Assembly (NCBI GenBank): GCA_030595185.1 | Contig: JAUVDT010000003.1 | Span: forward strand, 1-56,302 | Source of the DNA: Gammaproteobacteria bacterium | GTDB taxonomy: Bacteria > Pseudomonadota > Gammaproteobacteria > SZUA-229 | Reading direction: 5' to 3' | DNA length: 56,302 nt | Shown here: positions 18,513 to 28,987 of the stretch, one piece after another | How positions within the stretch are numbered: position 1 is the first letter of the stretch | Layout: every line of letters starts with the position of its first letter | Made by a program: the position numbers and the translations under genes | Notes under the pieces: model-generated | The model's input: the letters and a program-made list of their open reading frames with translations, nothing else | The model's database searches: none | What the model was told of the DNA's origin: nothing

Positions 18513-19979
18513 ATGAGTACTTCTAGCATGAGAGCCAACTTTCTCTCATTCACCGGTAGAGCAAAAATTTTACACACTACCTGGTTTGCCTTTTTTGTCA
18601 CTTTTCTCGTTTGGTTTAACCACGCGCCATTGCTTACTGTTATTCAAGAGACAATGGGATTATCCGATCAACAAATTAAATTACTGTTGATTCTTAACGT
18701 TGCCCTCACCATTCCTGCTCGAATTATTACCGGCATGTTGGTCGATGTTTATGGCCCCCGTAAAACGTATTCAGCCATGTTGTTTGCTACCGCAGGTTTA
18801 TGTTTTTTCTTTGCGCTAGCACGAACATTTGAAGCTCTGGCTCTGGCTCGCTTTTTAATGGGCTTTGTTGGTGCAGGTTTCGTTATTGGCATCCGCATGA
18901 TCAGCGAATGGTATCCAGCTAAACAATTAGGTTTGGCTGAAGGTATCTACAAGGGTATGGGTAATGTGGGTTCTGCTGTTGCAGCCGTAACTTTACCAAC
19001 ACTCGCTCTACTTTTTGGTGGTGATGATGGCTGGCGTTACGCAACAGGTGTCACTGGAATCATTGCATTAATTTATGCATTTATTTACTATTTCTCAGTA
19101 TCTGACACACCAGCAGGCTCTACTTATTTCAAACCAAACAAGTCTGGCGGTTTAGAAGTTACAAGCAAGCGTGATTTCTTTTTCTACCTTTTACTTAATA
19201 TTCCAATGTACGGAGCAATGGCGGTATTAACATGGAAAGTAAGTTTATTAGGTCTGCTCAGTGGTTTTGCTGCTAATACTATTTATGTAATATTGGTTGG
19301 TATTTACTTATTTCAAGCTAAACAAATTTACAACGTAAACAAAGAAATTTTTCACAAGCCTGTTGAAGAAATGTTGCGTTACAATTTCAAACAAGTCGCC
19401 ATCCTTAGTATTGCTTATGCTGTCACCTTTGGTTCGGAACTAGCTGTCGTTTCAATGTTGCCTTTATTCTTTAAAGATACCTTCTTAATACCTGCTGCCT
19501 TAGCCGGAATTTTCGGCGCTAGCTTTGCGGTTATCGATGTTCTGTCTTGCCCTTCTGGTGGTTGGATTAGTGATAACTTTGGTCGCAAAAAATCTTTGGT
19601 TATTTTATTAACAGGTGCATCAATAGGTTTCTTTGCTATGTCACAAATTACTGGTGACTGGCCGATTGCTCTTGCTGTGGCTGTTATTATGGGTGGCTCG
19701 TTCTTCTTAGGTTCAGCCGCCGGTTGCGTCTTTGCACTGGTACCTTTAATACGACGTCGACTAACAGGTCAGATTGCAGGAATGGTTGGTGCGTACGGTA
19801 ACATCGGTGCGGTCATCTTCTTAACCGTCTTCTCTTTTGTAACACCAACGATATTTTTTATTACTATCGGTTGCGGTATTGCATTAGCTGCTGTCGCTGC
19901 TTTGTTCCTGGATGAACCCAAAGGCGCAATGGCAGAAATATTACCAGACGGAACGGTACAAATGATTGAAGTACACTAA
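18513..19979 (+). CDS. narK: NarK/NrtP-family MFS nitrate/nitrite transporter
   Basis: TWFAFFVTFLVWFN, NVALTIPARI, GFVGAGFVIGIRMISEW, FGSELAVVSMLP, GAYGNIG; 12-TM MFS. Confidence 0.88.
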   Translation: MSTSSMRANFLSFTGRAKILHTTWFAFFVTFLVWFNHAPLLTVIQETMGLSDQQIKLLLILNVALTIPARIITGMLVDVYGPRKTYSAMLFATAGLCFFFALARTFEALALARFLMGFVGAGFVIGIRMISEWYPAKQLGLAEGIYKGMGNVGSAVAAVTLPTLALLFGGDDGWRYATGVTGIIALIYAFIYYFSVSDTPAGSTYFKPNKSGGLEVTSKRDFFFYLLLNIPMYGAMAVLTWKVSLLGLLSGFAANTIYVILVGIYLFQAKQIYNVNKEIFHKPVEEMLRYNFKQVAILSIAYAVTFGSELAVVSMLPLFFKDTFLIPAALAGIFGASFAVIDVLSCPSGGWISDNFGRKKSLVILLTGASIGFFAMSQITGDWPIALAVAVIMGGSFFLGSAAGCVFALVPLIRRRLTGQIAGMVGAYGNIGAVIFLTVFSFVTPTIFFITIGCGIALAAVAALFLDEPKGAMAEILPDGTVQMIEVH

Positions 19980-20001
19980 ATCATAATCATCAAACAAACT
20001 T

Positions 20002-20029
20002 AAAAAAGGAGCTAATAGCTCCTTTTTTT
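20002..20029. terminator. Bidirectional Rho-independent terminator
   Basis: aaaaaa-ggagct-aat-agctcc-ttttttt. Confidence 0.85.
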
Positions 20030-20288
20030 GTGCCTGAAATAAAATCATATAGAAAACCATCTTTCTATATCAAGTTTCACTAATTAGTTTTACTCATACG
20101 TGCATGCTACTCTAATCATCAACATTTCTCTGGATGTAAAATATTTTTTAAATCACATAATAAAACAATGGGATTTCTTAATTTTCAAAGCATGTCTACA
20201 CTATTTTTAAAAACATGAGGAACATGTTTTTAAACTTAAACATTTACAAAAAGCGCTGTAATACATACTTACAAAAAAGAAAAATAAA

Positions 20289-21641
20289 ATGACGATACAT
20301 TCACAAGATGAAAATACACAACCTAATCCCGTTTCTTTTTTTGAGGCCTTACTTTATTGGCTCAAACTTGGCTTCATAAGCTTTGGTGGCCCGGCAGGTC
20401 AAATCAGTATGATGCACCAGGAGCTAGTTGAAAAGCGACGTTGGATTTCTGAACATCGTTTTTTACATGCACTCAATTACACTATGGTTTTACCCGGCCC
20501 TGAAGCACAGCAACTTGCGACTTATATTGGCTGGCTCATGCATGGAGTATGGGGTGGCATTGCCGCTGGTGTTCTTTTTGTTTTACCGTCACTCTTTATA
20601 CTTATTGCATTAACCTGGGCTTACCTTTCATTCGGTGATCTACCCGCTGTCGAAGGTATCTTATACGGCATCAAACCCGCCGTTACTGCCATTGTTGTTT
20701 TTGCCGCATACCGTATTGGTTCACGGGCTTTAAGAAATAACGTACTTCGTGGAATGGCTGTTTTAGCTTTTATTGCGATCTTTATTTTTGGAATCGCGTT
20801 CCCTTACATCGTCTTAATCGCAGCCATCATAGGCTATATTGGTTCACACTATACTCCGGAAAAATTTAAAACAGGTGGTGGTCATGGCAGCTCAAACAGT
20901 TCATATGGCCCAGCAATAATAGATGATGATACGCCAGCCCCTGAGCACACTAAATTTAAGTGGAGCCGTTTTATTACATTTGCTGTCATTGGATTAAGTA
21001 TCGGCACGGCTGTAATGATCGCACTCACTCTCACTTATGGCTGGGATGCGACTCTGACTCAAATGAGCTGGTTCTTTACTAAGGCTGCTTTAGTCACATT
21101 TGGTGGTGCCTACGCAGTGTTACCGTACGTATATCAGGGCGGAGTTGATCAGTACCAATGGTTAACAGCAACACAAATGATTGATGGTCTTGCTTTAGGA
21201 GAAACGACACCTGGTCCACTGATAATGATTGTCGCATTCGTGGGTTTTGTAGGCGCATGGACAAAAGAAATTTTTGGACCCGATATGCTCCTGATGGCAG
21301 GTGCTGCCGGGGCAAGCGTAGCAACTCTCTACACTTTTTTACCTTCTTTCCTTTTTATTTTATTGGGAGGACCGGTAATTGAAGCAACACGAGGTGATAT
21401 TAAATTTACCGCGCCTTTAACGGGCATAACAGCTGCTGTTGTTGGTGTTATTTTGAACCTGGCCACATTCTTTGCTTACCACGTACTTTGGCCTCAGGGT
21501 TTCGATGCACAGTTTGAATGGGTATCTGCAGCCATTGGTGCCATTGCTTTCGTTGCTTTATTTAAGTTTAAAATAGGTATTGTAAAAGTTATTGCAGTAT
21601 CTGCAACGACAGGTCTGGCTTATTCACTTTTATTAAATTAA
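20289..21641 (+). CDS. chrA: Chromate efflux transporter (long-chain CHR family)
   Basis: LGFISFGGPAGQI, LPGPEAQQLA, VTFGGAYAVLPY, GETTPGPLI duplicated halves. Confidence 0.92.
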   Translation: MTIHSQDENTQPNPVSFFEALLYWLKLGFISFGGPAGQISMMHQELVEKRRWISEHRFLHALNYTMVLPGPEAQQLATYIGWLMHGVWGGIAAGVLFVLPSLFILIALTWAYLSFGDLPAVEGILYGIKPAVTAIVVFAAYRIGSRALRNNVLRGMAVLAFIAIFIFGIAFPYIVLIAAIIGYIGSHYTPEKFKTGGGHGSSNSSYGPAIIDDDTPAPEHTKFKWSRFITFAVIGLSIGTAVMIALTLTYGWDATLTQMSWFFTKAALVTFGGAYAVLPYVYQGGVDQYQWLTATQMIDGLALGETTPGPLIMIVAFVGFVGAWTKEIFGPDMLLMAGAAGASVATLYTFLPSFLFILLGGPVIEATRGDIKFTAPLTGITAAVVGVILNLATFFAYHVLWPQGFDAQFEWVSAAIGAIAFVALFKFKIGIVKVIAVSATTGLAYSLLLN

Positions 21642-21839
21642 CCACAGAGACACGGAGTCGCAGAGAAAAGCGGGCTTGATGTAGGGTGCGCCGTGCGCAC
21701 CAATACAGATAAAAGCACATTATTCAGATTAACTCTTCTGTTAGCTGCGGTGCGCACGGCGCACCCTACAAATTAAAAATACCACTTATACTTTCAGAGC
21801 AGCGAATACAATCAAATGTTTTTGATTTTCCTCTGCGAC
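21641..21839. repeat. GTAG-family REP doublet (REPIN) nested in a 9-mer inverted-repeat element
   Basis: gtagggtgcgccgtgcgcacc (21681-21701) and its perfect reverse complement (21749-21769); outer accacagagacacggagtcgcagagaaaa ... ttttcctctgcgac. Confidence 0.8.
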
Positions 21840-21941
21840 GGGCTTTATCTTTTGACTTTTACTGTGATTCCTTATGACTGCCCTAGGATGATTTGCAACA
21901 TTCAAATCATCAACTCGGGACCAATGAATCTAATCGTTTTT

Positions 21942-23219
21942 CTATACTTCTAAATCTTTATCTTCAGCTCTAACGACTCTATTCCGGCCTTGCGCCTTAG
22001 CTAAATACAAACCAACATCAGAACGTTTAATTAATTCTTTAAGCATTTCATCATCATGCATTTCTGCAATACCGAAACTGCATGTAATAGTCCCTACAAT
22101 ATCAAACTCAGACTTTTCAATTTCCTTTCGTAAATTTTCAGCTAATATAGCAGCGCCATTAATATCAGTATCGGGACAAACAACAATAAACTCTTCCCCG
22201 CCCCAACGACCCACTATATCTATTTTCCTAACATGATTCGATAGAATCTTAGACAATGTGACTAAAGTACTATCACCAACATCATGCCCGTAAGTATCAT
22301 TTACATTCTTGAACTTATCGATATCCAGTAAAACAACACTAAAGCTAGTCCTATAACGCAGACGCCGTAAGTATTCTGTCTCCATGCTTTCTTCAATTTT
22401 AATTCTATTAAATAAGCCAGTAAGGTGATCTGTTATTGCCATGCTTTCTAAACGACTATTAACCTCTGCCATTTTTTGTTTTGCATCTTCAAGTTCTTTT
22501 GTTCGTTCCGCCACTCTTACTTCGAGCAAACCTTTATCTGACTCAATTCTGTCAATATAATCGTTTATCTTATTTCCCATGTGATTAAACGCCCGACTCA
22601 GTGTCGCAATTTCATCAGAACCTGAAATTTCTACATACGAATACTCTCCAGACTCTTTAAACTTACTGATAACTTTCGTTAAGCTGCCTAACTTATGAGT
22701 TAGTAAAAAACCAAACATAAGACCACTGATAGCTATAACAATCATTCCTGCCATAGCAATACCTATTCCTAATTGTCTCGCCTTCTGTAACTGCTTGGTA
22801 ATTCGCTCAAGTGAAAATTCTATTTCTAAAAACCCAAACTTTGAGATTCGTTTCGTCACCCAGTAATGATGAGGCGAAGAAAACTTTTCATGCATTTTTT
22901 CTCCCACCTTATCAAACTGACTGTGCGCAATAATAACGCCACTCCTATTAAGAATGGCGATATTAAATATTTCAGGATCTTGCGCTATTTGTTCAATGTA
23001 TTGTTGCAAATCATCGTACTCTTCTGAAAACATTGAGTTACTTGATATTTGCTGTATTAATTCAATAACTATTTTATGTCTATTATCAAGATCCTCTTTT
23101 GCCTGATTTTCAACGAAATTAAATGTATTCCACAAGACAACCGTTAGCATGATAGCTTCCATTACAAAAACGGAAATAGCAATACGATACTTTAAAGAAG
23201 ATAGTGCTGTTCTAACCAT
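21942..23219 (-). CDS. HAMP-GGDEF diguanylate cyclase
   Basis: Two TMs, DEIATLSRAFNHM HAMP, TDHLTGLFNR, RKIDIVGRWGGEEF (RxxD I-site present). Confidence 0.92.
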   Translation of the reverse strand: MVRTALSSLKYRIAISVFVMEAIMLTVVLWNTFNFVENQAKEDLDNRHKIVIELIQQISSNSMFSEEYDDLQQYIEQIAQDPEIFNIAILNRSGVIIAHSQFDKVGEKMHEKFSSPHHYWVTKRISKFGFLEIEFSLERITKQLQKARQLGIGIAMAGMIVIAISGLMFGFLLTHKLGSLTKVISKFKESGEYSYVEISGSDEIATLSRAFNHMGNKINDYIDRIESDKGLLEVRVAERTKELEDAKQKMAEVNSRLESMAITDHLTGLFNRIKIEESMETEYLRRLRYRTSFSVVLLDIDKFKNVNDTYGHDVGDSTLVTLSKILSNHVRKIDIVGRWGGEEFIVVCPDTDINGAAILAENLRKEIEKSEFDIVGTITCSFGIAEMHDDEMLKELIKRSDVGLYLAKAQGRNRVVRAEDKDLEV

Positions 23220-23227
23220 TATTAGTA

Positions 23228-24028
23228 CTACTTCCTAATCACATCATAAGCACTGTTTTCAGCGCGAACCATTGGTACAATTTTTCCACCTTCAAATAAT
23301 TTTCTTCCTTCTACGGTATTAGGCCACTCAAGAATAGAAGCAATTAATTTCTGTCGTTGTTTTTCTGGTACACGTTTGTGTACAACAAACAATGAATTTG
23401 GCATATCTTTGGCTTGATACAATATTTTAAATTTATCTTTCATCTTTACATCGCCAAAATGCTTTAATGCACGTAACGCGGTACCACATGCAGCCGCTTC
23501 CCCAATGATGACGCTTTGCATACACGCAAAATGATTCTTTTTATATTTTCTATTTATTTCTGTCTTAACATCTATGCCATTTTTATTAAGCACCTGATCA
23601 GTTACTTTCGAAACAGCAGAAAGAGCGGAAGGAGTAGCTAAAACTTTACCTTTAAGTTCTTGCAAACTTTTCAACTTAGAATTCTTTTTGACGATTATGA
23701 CAGGTTGCAATGCGGTTTTACGTCGAACCATAGGTAAGTAATTATATTTATCATGTGCTTCAATGTAGTCATACGGTTGAATAAATGCAATATCGTATTC
23801 TTCCCTAAACAATGCCTTTCTAAAGTCTTTATAAGAACGTTTTGTTCTCATAGTTACTGGCTGCCCAATTGTCTTTTCAAAATCTTTTGCAATGGGCGCA
23901 TAGACCTTTTTAATTCTATTCGTAGGCAGGTAGGGAAAAACACCAAACTTATAGCCTTCTGATGTGCCCGCCGCCTGACCATTTGTTGCCACCAACATCA
24001 AAAGGGACAATAACATCAACTTATACAT
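23228..24028 (-). CDS. PhnD/SsuA-like periplasmic substrate-binding protein
   Basis: Signal peptide, FGVFPYLP, YDIAFIQPYDY, SLQELKGK; 8 nt upstream of the DGC gene. Confidence 0.8.
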   Translation of the reverse strand: MYKLMLLSLLMLVATNGQAAGTSEGYKFGVFPYLPTNRIKKVYAPIAKDFEKTIGQPVTMRTKRSYKDFRKALFREEYDIAFIQPYDYIEAHDKYNYLPMVRRKTALQPVIIVKKNSKLKSLQELKGKVLATPSALSAVSKVTDQVLNKNGIDVKTEINRKYKKNHFACMQSVIIGEAAACGTALRALKHFGDVKMKDKFKILYQAKDMPNSLFVVHKRVPEKQRQKLIASILEWPNTVEGRKLFEGGKIVPMVRAENSAYDVIRK

Positions 24029-24360
24029 ACACTTTAAGCCTCCAGAAGAATTACATTTTTATTTAAAACTCTATAAGATAGTACCATCAAGTAATATCTA
24101 TACTCTTTATTAGTGTAGCTTATCAATTAATAAAATGAGGCCTATATATTTATTATCTATTTCCTTATTTATTCAATGTTATTCTTTAATTTGACTGGAT
24201 TTTTATCTCTACAAATACCCTTTTATAAATCACCAAAATGGCGCGATATCATTGATTGAAGTAAGATAACGTTGTTTTGTTAACTAGGTTTACTGCTGCG
24301 ATAGCAACAACATTATTTTTTAATAATATATAGTTTTACTAAATCCACTTGAGAGCAAGT

Positions 24361-26067
24361 ATGCCTGCATCATTAAAAGTAATATTTGGCGAATACAGCA
24401 CTGCAGGCATTAAACCGCAGAATGAAGATAATTGCGGCGTTCATATTCCCACCGAACCATTACTAACAACCAAAGGCATTAGTGCTGCTATTGCAGATGG
24501 TATGAGTGGCAGCGATGCGGGTAAAGAAGCAAGCGAAGCTTGTGTTAGTGGCTTTTTACGCGATTATTACAGCACACCTGAAAGCTGGACAGCCAAAACA
24601 TCGGGGCAAAAAGTACTTGGCTCATTAAATAACTGGTTACAGAGTCAGGGTCAGCGACAATACGAAAGCCATAAAGGCATGGTAACGACCTTTAGCTCAA
24701 TTATTTTCAAATCGAATACGGGTTATATTTTCCATGTGGGTGATACTCGTATTTATCGCTTACGTGACACTGAATTAAAACTTCTAACTAATGACCACCG
24801 TTTGGAAGTTAGTGCTGAAAAAAGTTATTTAACTCGCGCAATGGGTATTGGTTCTCATATCGACATAGATTTTAAGTCTGTTGTTGTAGAACCAGGTGAT
24901 CTTTATATGCTTTCTACCGATGGTGTTCATGAGTTCATTAATGACAAAAACATTCATACCATTTTATCAAAGAACACATCACTCGATGAACGAGCAAAAG
25001 AAATAATTGATATTGCTCTAACAAATAAAAGCAACGATAACTTAACATGCCTTATCGTTAAAATTGAATCTTTACCAACTGAAAATGAAGATGAATTTTA
25101 TAAAAAGTTAACCGCTCTTCCATTTCCACCACCGTTAGAACCGGGCATGACGTTAGATGGCTATAAAATTATTCGCCATTTATTCTCCAACAAACGCACA
25201 GAACTTTATTTAGCGCATGACCGTGAACTTGATATTCATGTCGTTATAAAGGCCCCATCGGTTAATTACAGCGATGATCCACAATATATCAACAGTTTCT
25301 TGTTAGAAGAATGGGCTGGGCGACGCATTAGTAATAATCACGTATTAAGTGTTTTAGATTTACCCCGTAAACGAACGGCCCTTTATTACATTACAGAATA
25401 CTTACAAGGCACTACTTTACGACAATGGATGGATGATAACCCCAGACCATCATTAAGCACGGTCAGAAACTTTATCCGTCAAATTGCTCAGGGCTTACGC
25501 GCTTTTCATCGGCAGGAAATGGTACATCAAGATCTTAAACCTGAAAACATTATCGTCGATAAACACGGTACTTTAAAAATAATTGATTTTGGTTCAACGA
25601 AAATACCCGGCATTGAAGAAATACATATACCTATTGAGTCGCATATTTTACAAGGCACCGAAAACTATACCGCCCCTGAATATCATTTGGGTGAACAAGC
25701 GACAAATCGTACAGACATCTATTCTTTAGGTGTGATTTGTTACGAACTACTGACTGGCCACATTCCTTATGGAAAGGCCCTTAGTTCAAAAAACCTGCAC
25801 AAGTTAAATTATATTTCGGTTAAACAATACGTACCGGAGATACCCTACTGGGTTGATAAAGCCATTCAGAAATCCGTTAGCATTAACACTGAGCAACGCT
25901 TTCAGATTTTATCTGAATTTGTATATGCGCTTAATACACTTGATGCAAATGTAACGCGACAAGAACATATACCACTAATAAAAGCGAACCCGGTTAGATT
26001 CTGGAAAGGTTTAAGTATTTTACTATTGTTAACTAACTTAGGTTTATTCTACGCACTTTTGTCTTAA
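24361..26067 (+). CDS. Bifunctional PP2C-type phosphatase / Ser-Thr protein kinase with C-terminal TM
   Basis: NED, AIADGMSG, FHVGDTR, LSTDGV, SNDNLT (PP2C); HQDLKPEN, IDFG, GTENYTAPE (kinase); ATG 24361 preferred over TTG 24349. Confidence 0.9.
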   Translation: MPASLKVIFGEYSTAGIKPQNEDNCGVHIPTEPLLTTKGISAAIADGMSGSDAGKEASEACVSGFLRDYYSTPESWTAKTSGQKVLGSLNNWLQSQGQRQYESHKGMVTTFSSIIFKSNTGYIFHVGDTRIYRLRDTELKLLTNDHRLEVSAEKSYLTRAMGIGSHIDIDFKSVVVEPGDLYMLSTDGVHEFINDKNIHTILSKNTSLDERAKEIIDIALTNKSNDNLTCLIVKIESLPTENEDEFYKKLTALPFPPPLEPGMTLDGYKIIRHLFSNKRTELYLAHDRELDIHVVIKAPSVNYSDDPQYINSFLLEEWAGRRISNNHVLSVLDLPRKRTALYYITEYLQGTTLRQWMDDNPRPSLSTVRNFIRQIAQGLRAFHRQEMVHQDLKPENIIVDKHGTLKIIDFGSTKIPGIEEIHIPIESHILQGTENYTAPEYHLGEQATNRTDIYSLGVICYELLTGHIPYGKALSSKNLHKLNYISVKQYVPEIPYWVDKAIQKSVSINTEQRFQILSEFVYALNTLDANVTRQEHIPLIKANPVRFWKGLSILLLLTNLGLFYALLS

Positions 26068-26089
26068 AAACTTGATTAGAGTATGAAAA

Positions 26090-26725
26090 TCACCTTTGTT
26101 TTAGCTCTTTAAAAACAAAAGGTAATACTATAAAAATCAAGCCGGCAATTGCTCCATATAAATGAGAATCCACCAGTACATGCCCTTTAATTAATGACTC
26201 AGACCCCGGCATAGCACCATTAAGCTGTTCCCATATTAACTTGCCAATCAAGACAAAAAACAACATCCAGCCTGATATTGGAAAGCGGCGTATTTCGGTA
26301 ACAGCGCCCACAATAAATAAAGCATGCAACACACCTGACATACCCACATAGTTTTTTACTTCAGGATTAAATAAATATAAACCTAAACCTACCAGTAAAG
26401 AGGAAAATAGTATTAATATTACCCATTTAAGTAACTTTAATTGACCTGCAAAGAAAAACACCACCAGACCAACACCTAGCATATTCATCACTAAATGCAT
26501 GGGGTTCAAATGCACAAAGTTAGCACTTATTAATCGATACCACTGCCCTGCCTCTATTGAATACCGTTGATAACGTAAAACCGATGTCATTCCTGAAAAC
26601 TCAAAGAAAGTACACAATGCAATGAGTATTAACCAAAAGTAGTATTGTGGCTGGAGAGTTTTTTTAATTATTCTTGAAAAAAATGGGTACAAAGTTATTA
26701 ATCTTTTATGCAATACAAGGCTCAA
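26090..26725 (-). CDS. Rhombosortase (rhomboid-family intramembrane protease)
   Basis: GQWYRLISANFVHLN, YVGMSGVLHAL, GKLIWEQ, DSHLYGA; start uncertain. Confidence 0.85.
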   Translation of the reverse strand: MSLVLHKRLITLYPFFSRIIKKTLQPQYYFWLILIALCTFFEFSGMTSVLRYQRYSIEAGQWYRLISANFVHLNPMHLVMNMLGVGLVVFFFAGQLKLLKWVILILFSSLLVGLGLYLFNPEVKNYVGMSGVLHALFIVGAVTEIRRFPISGWMLFFVLIGKLIWEQLNGAMPGSESLIKGHVLVDSHLYGAIAGLIFIVLPFVFKELKQR

Positions 26726-26956
26726 CTATCTCACTTAACTCTATCGCGATAAACATAAAAGTTAATTTAGAGATAAAACACCAGAGTATTGGCTAAAACA
26801 ACATCATAAAAAGCGGTTAAATAGTATTAATACAGACATTTTTTAAACCTTTTGCCCCTGAAAAGCGTTTAATCACTAAGATACAAGCTGAAATTCATTA
26901 TATTTGTTAATATTGGGTCAAATAATGAATAAATTACAAATCTCAGGGTTAAATGA

Positions 26957-27394
26957 ATGAAAATTGCTACAAATAAACAACAAGGTTTCACCTTAATCGA
27001 AGTAATGGTTGTGGTGGTTATACTTGGCATACTCGCAGCTGTTGTGGTTCCTCGTATTATGGATAACCCCGATAAAGCCCGTATTACTAAAGCAAAACAA
27101 GATATACGAGCCATGGAAAGCGCTTTAAATCTCTATCGTTTAGATAACTTTAGCTACCCTAACACCGAGCAAGGACTGGAAGCGCTTGTTTCTGTGCCAT
27201 CAGATTTAGCTAATAGCGAAAACTACAAACAAGGTGGCTATATTCGCAAATTACCTAAAGACCCTTGGGGTTCTGCTTATTTATACTTAAGCCCTGGTGA
27301 ACACGGCGAGCTTGATATTTATTCATTAGGTGTCGATGGTGCTCCTGGTGGAACAGGTGTAGCAGCAGATATTGGTAACTGGAATATCGAATAA
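26957..27394 (+). CDS. gspG: T2SS major pseudopilin G
   Basis: QGFTLIEVMVVVVILGILA, YPNTEQGLEAL, LPKDPWG. Confidence 0.96.
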   Translation: MKIATNKQQGFTLIEVMVVVVILGILAAVVVPRIMDNPDKARITKAKQDIRAMESALNLYRLDNFSYPNTEQGLEALVSVPSDLANSENYKQGGYIRKLPKDPWGSAYLYLSPGEHGELDIYSLGVDGAPGGTGVAADIGNWNIE

Positions 27395-27421
27395 GGTTTA
27401 TTCGGTATTCAAATAAATATT

Positions 27422-28000
27422 ATGAATGGCTTTTGTTGCAAGAAAAAATCTGGTTTTACTTTAATTGAACTACTGGTTGTTATCGTACTCATTGGCATCA
27501 TTCTATCGATGGCAACCTTAGCAATAACAACCGGCTCACCTAAAGAACGGCTACAAACAGAAGCCCGACGCTTTGTTGCATTATTACAACTCGCGCAAGA
27601 TGATGCTTTATTAAATGGTAGCGAGTTTGGCATTGTGTTAACTGAAAATAGTTATCAATTTGTCATTACAACAGACAATGGATGGCAACCTGTGCGTAAC
27701 AACAATAGTTTACGTAAAAGAATGTTACCGGCAGATATGGAACTGGAACTGGAGTTAGATTTTCAATATGAAAACATTAAAAGCTCTGTTTCAAAAATCG
27801 GTGAGGTTTCTAAAGTTGGTGATGTGGAAAAATTTGACGATAATAAGGAAGATGAATCTAAACCTCAAATTTATCTGTTATCATCAGGTGAAATCGCACC
27901 TAGTTTTATGTTGATATTTTTTATTCCTGATATTGATATCAATTTTTCTGTGCAAGGCATTGAAGATGGCTCGGTTAAAATTAAATATCACTCATCGTAA
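27422..28000 (+). CDS. gspH: T2SS minor pseudopilin H
   Basis: SGFTLIELLVV, PQIYLLSSGEI; gene order. Confidence 0.92.
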   Translation: MNGFCCKKKSGFTLIELLVVIVLIGIILSMATLAITTGSPKERLQTEARRFVALLQLAQDDALLNGSEFGIVLTENSYQFVITTDNGWQPVRNNNSLRKRMLPADMELELELDFQYENIKSSVSKIGEVSKVGDVEKFDDNKEDESKPQIYLLSSGEIAPSFMLIFFIPDIDINFSVQGIEDGSVKIKYHSS

Positions 28001-28379
28001 TCAAACAGCATTTACCCTGATTGAAGTATTAGTTGCACTCACTATTATTGCAATTACTCTCGGCGCCATCATTAAAACAAGCTCGAATCAGGCGGCGAAT
28101 ACAACTTACCTCAAACAAAAAACAATTGGCAGCTGGGTCGCATTAAATATGCACAATCAACTGCTGCTTGAAAAAATATGGCCATCATTAGGGAAAAGTA
28201 CTGACAGTGTCAGCATGGCTAATCATGAGTGGCACTGGCAACGTGAAATTCAAAAAACACTATCGCCTGATACACGAAAAATAATATACCGCATTTATGT
28301 TGATGAAGACCGTCAACAACAAGTCAGCAAATTGACTGGCTACGTCACTAACCCCGAATTTTTAGAGCCTGGCTCATAG
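27966..28379 (+). CDS. gspI: T2SS minor pseudopilin I
   Basis: AFTLIEVLVAL, WVALN, MANHEWHW; ATG 27966 preferred. Confidence 0.9.
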   Translation: MARLKLNITHRNQTAFTLIEVLVALTIIAITLGAIIKTSSNQAANTTYLKQKTIGSWVALNMHNQLLLEKIWPSLGKSTDSVSMANHEWHWQREIQKTLSPDTRKIIYRIYVDEDRQQQVSKLTGYVTNPEFLEPGS

Positions 28380-28381
28380 CA

Positions 28382-28987
28382 ATGAAACGATATTCAAATG
28401 GTTTCACGTTGCTCGAACTATTAATTGCTATGTCAATTTTTAGCCTTATTTCTATCATGTCATTTGCTGGATTAAACAGTGTTTTATTTAATAAAGAAGT
28501 TATCGACAAAGAACTGACCCGCTTAAGCGACATTCAACGCACTATGCTCAACCTTTCGCGTGATATCGAGCAAGCTATCGACCGTCCCATTCGGAATAGG
28601 CTAGGTGGCACAGTCGCTGCCCTGAATGGTGGAAGCAATATTGATAGCACTCTATTTGAACTAACGCGCACTGGCTGGCGTAACCCTGCTGAACAACATC
28701 GCAGCCAATTACAACGCATTGCTTATAGCTATGAAGACAATCAATTGATTCGCCTTTATTGGTATCACATAGACCATCTGTTAACCGAGGAACCTGTTCG
28801 GCGCGTGCTGCTCAATGATGTCGAAGAAATTCAAGTGCGTTATCTCGACAAAGAATGGCTGGATAGCTGGCCCATTCAAGCACCTAATTCAAATACTGTT
28901 ACACCCGCTTTACCTCGCGCAATTGAGATTACATTGAAATTAAAAAAATGGGGCAACATCACTCGTTTATTTAGGGTGAAAACATAA
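28382..28987 (+). CDS. gspJ: T2SS minor pseudopilin J
   Basis: GFTLLELLIAM, TRTGWRNP, RSQLQRIAY, LPRAIEI. Confidence 0.93.
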   Translation: MKRYSNGFTLLELLIAMSIFSLISIMSFAGLNSVLFNKEVIDKELTRLSDIQRTMLNLSRDIEQAIDRPIRNRLGGTVAALNGGSNIDSTLFELTRTGWRNPAEQHRSQLQRIAYSYEDNQLIRLYWYHIDHLLTEEPVRRVLLNDVEEIQVRYLDKEWLDSWPIQAPNSNTVTPALPRAIEITLKLKKWGNITRLFRVKT

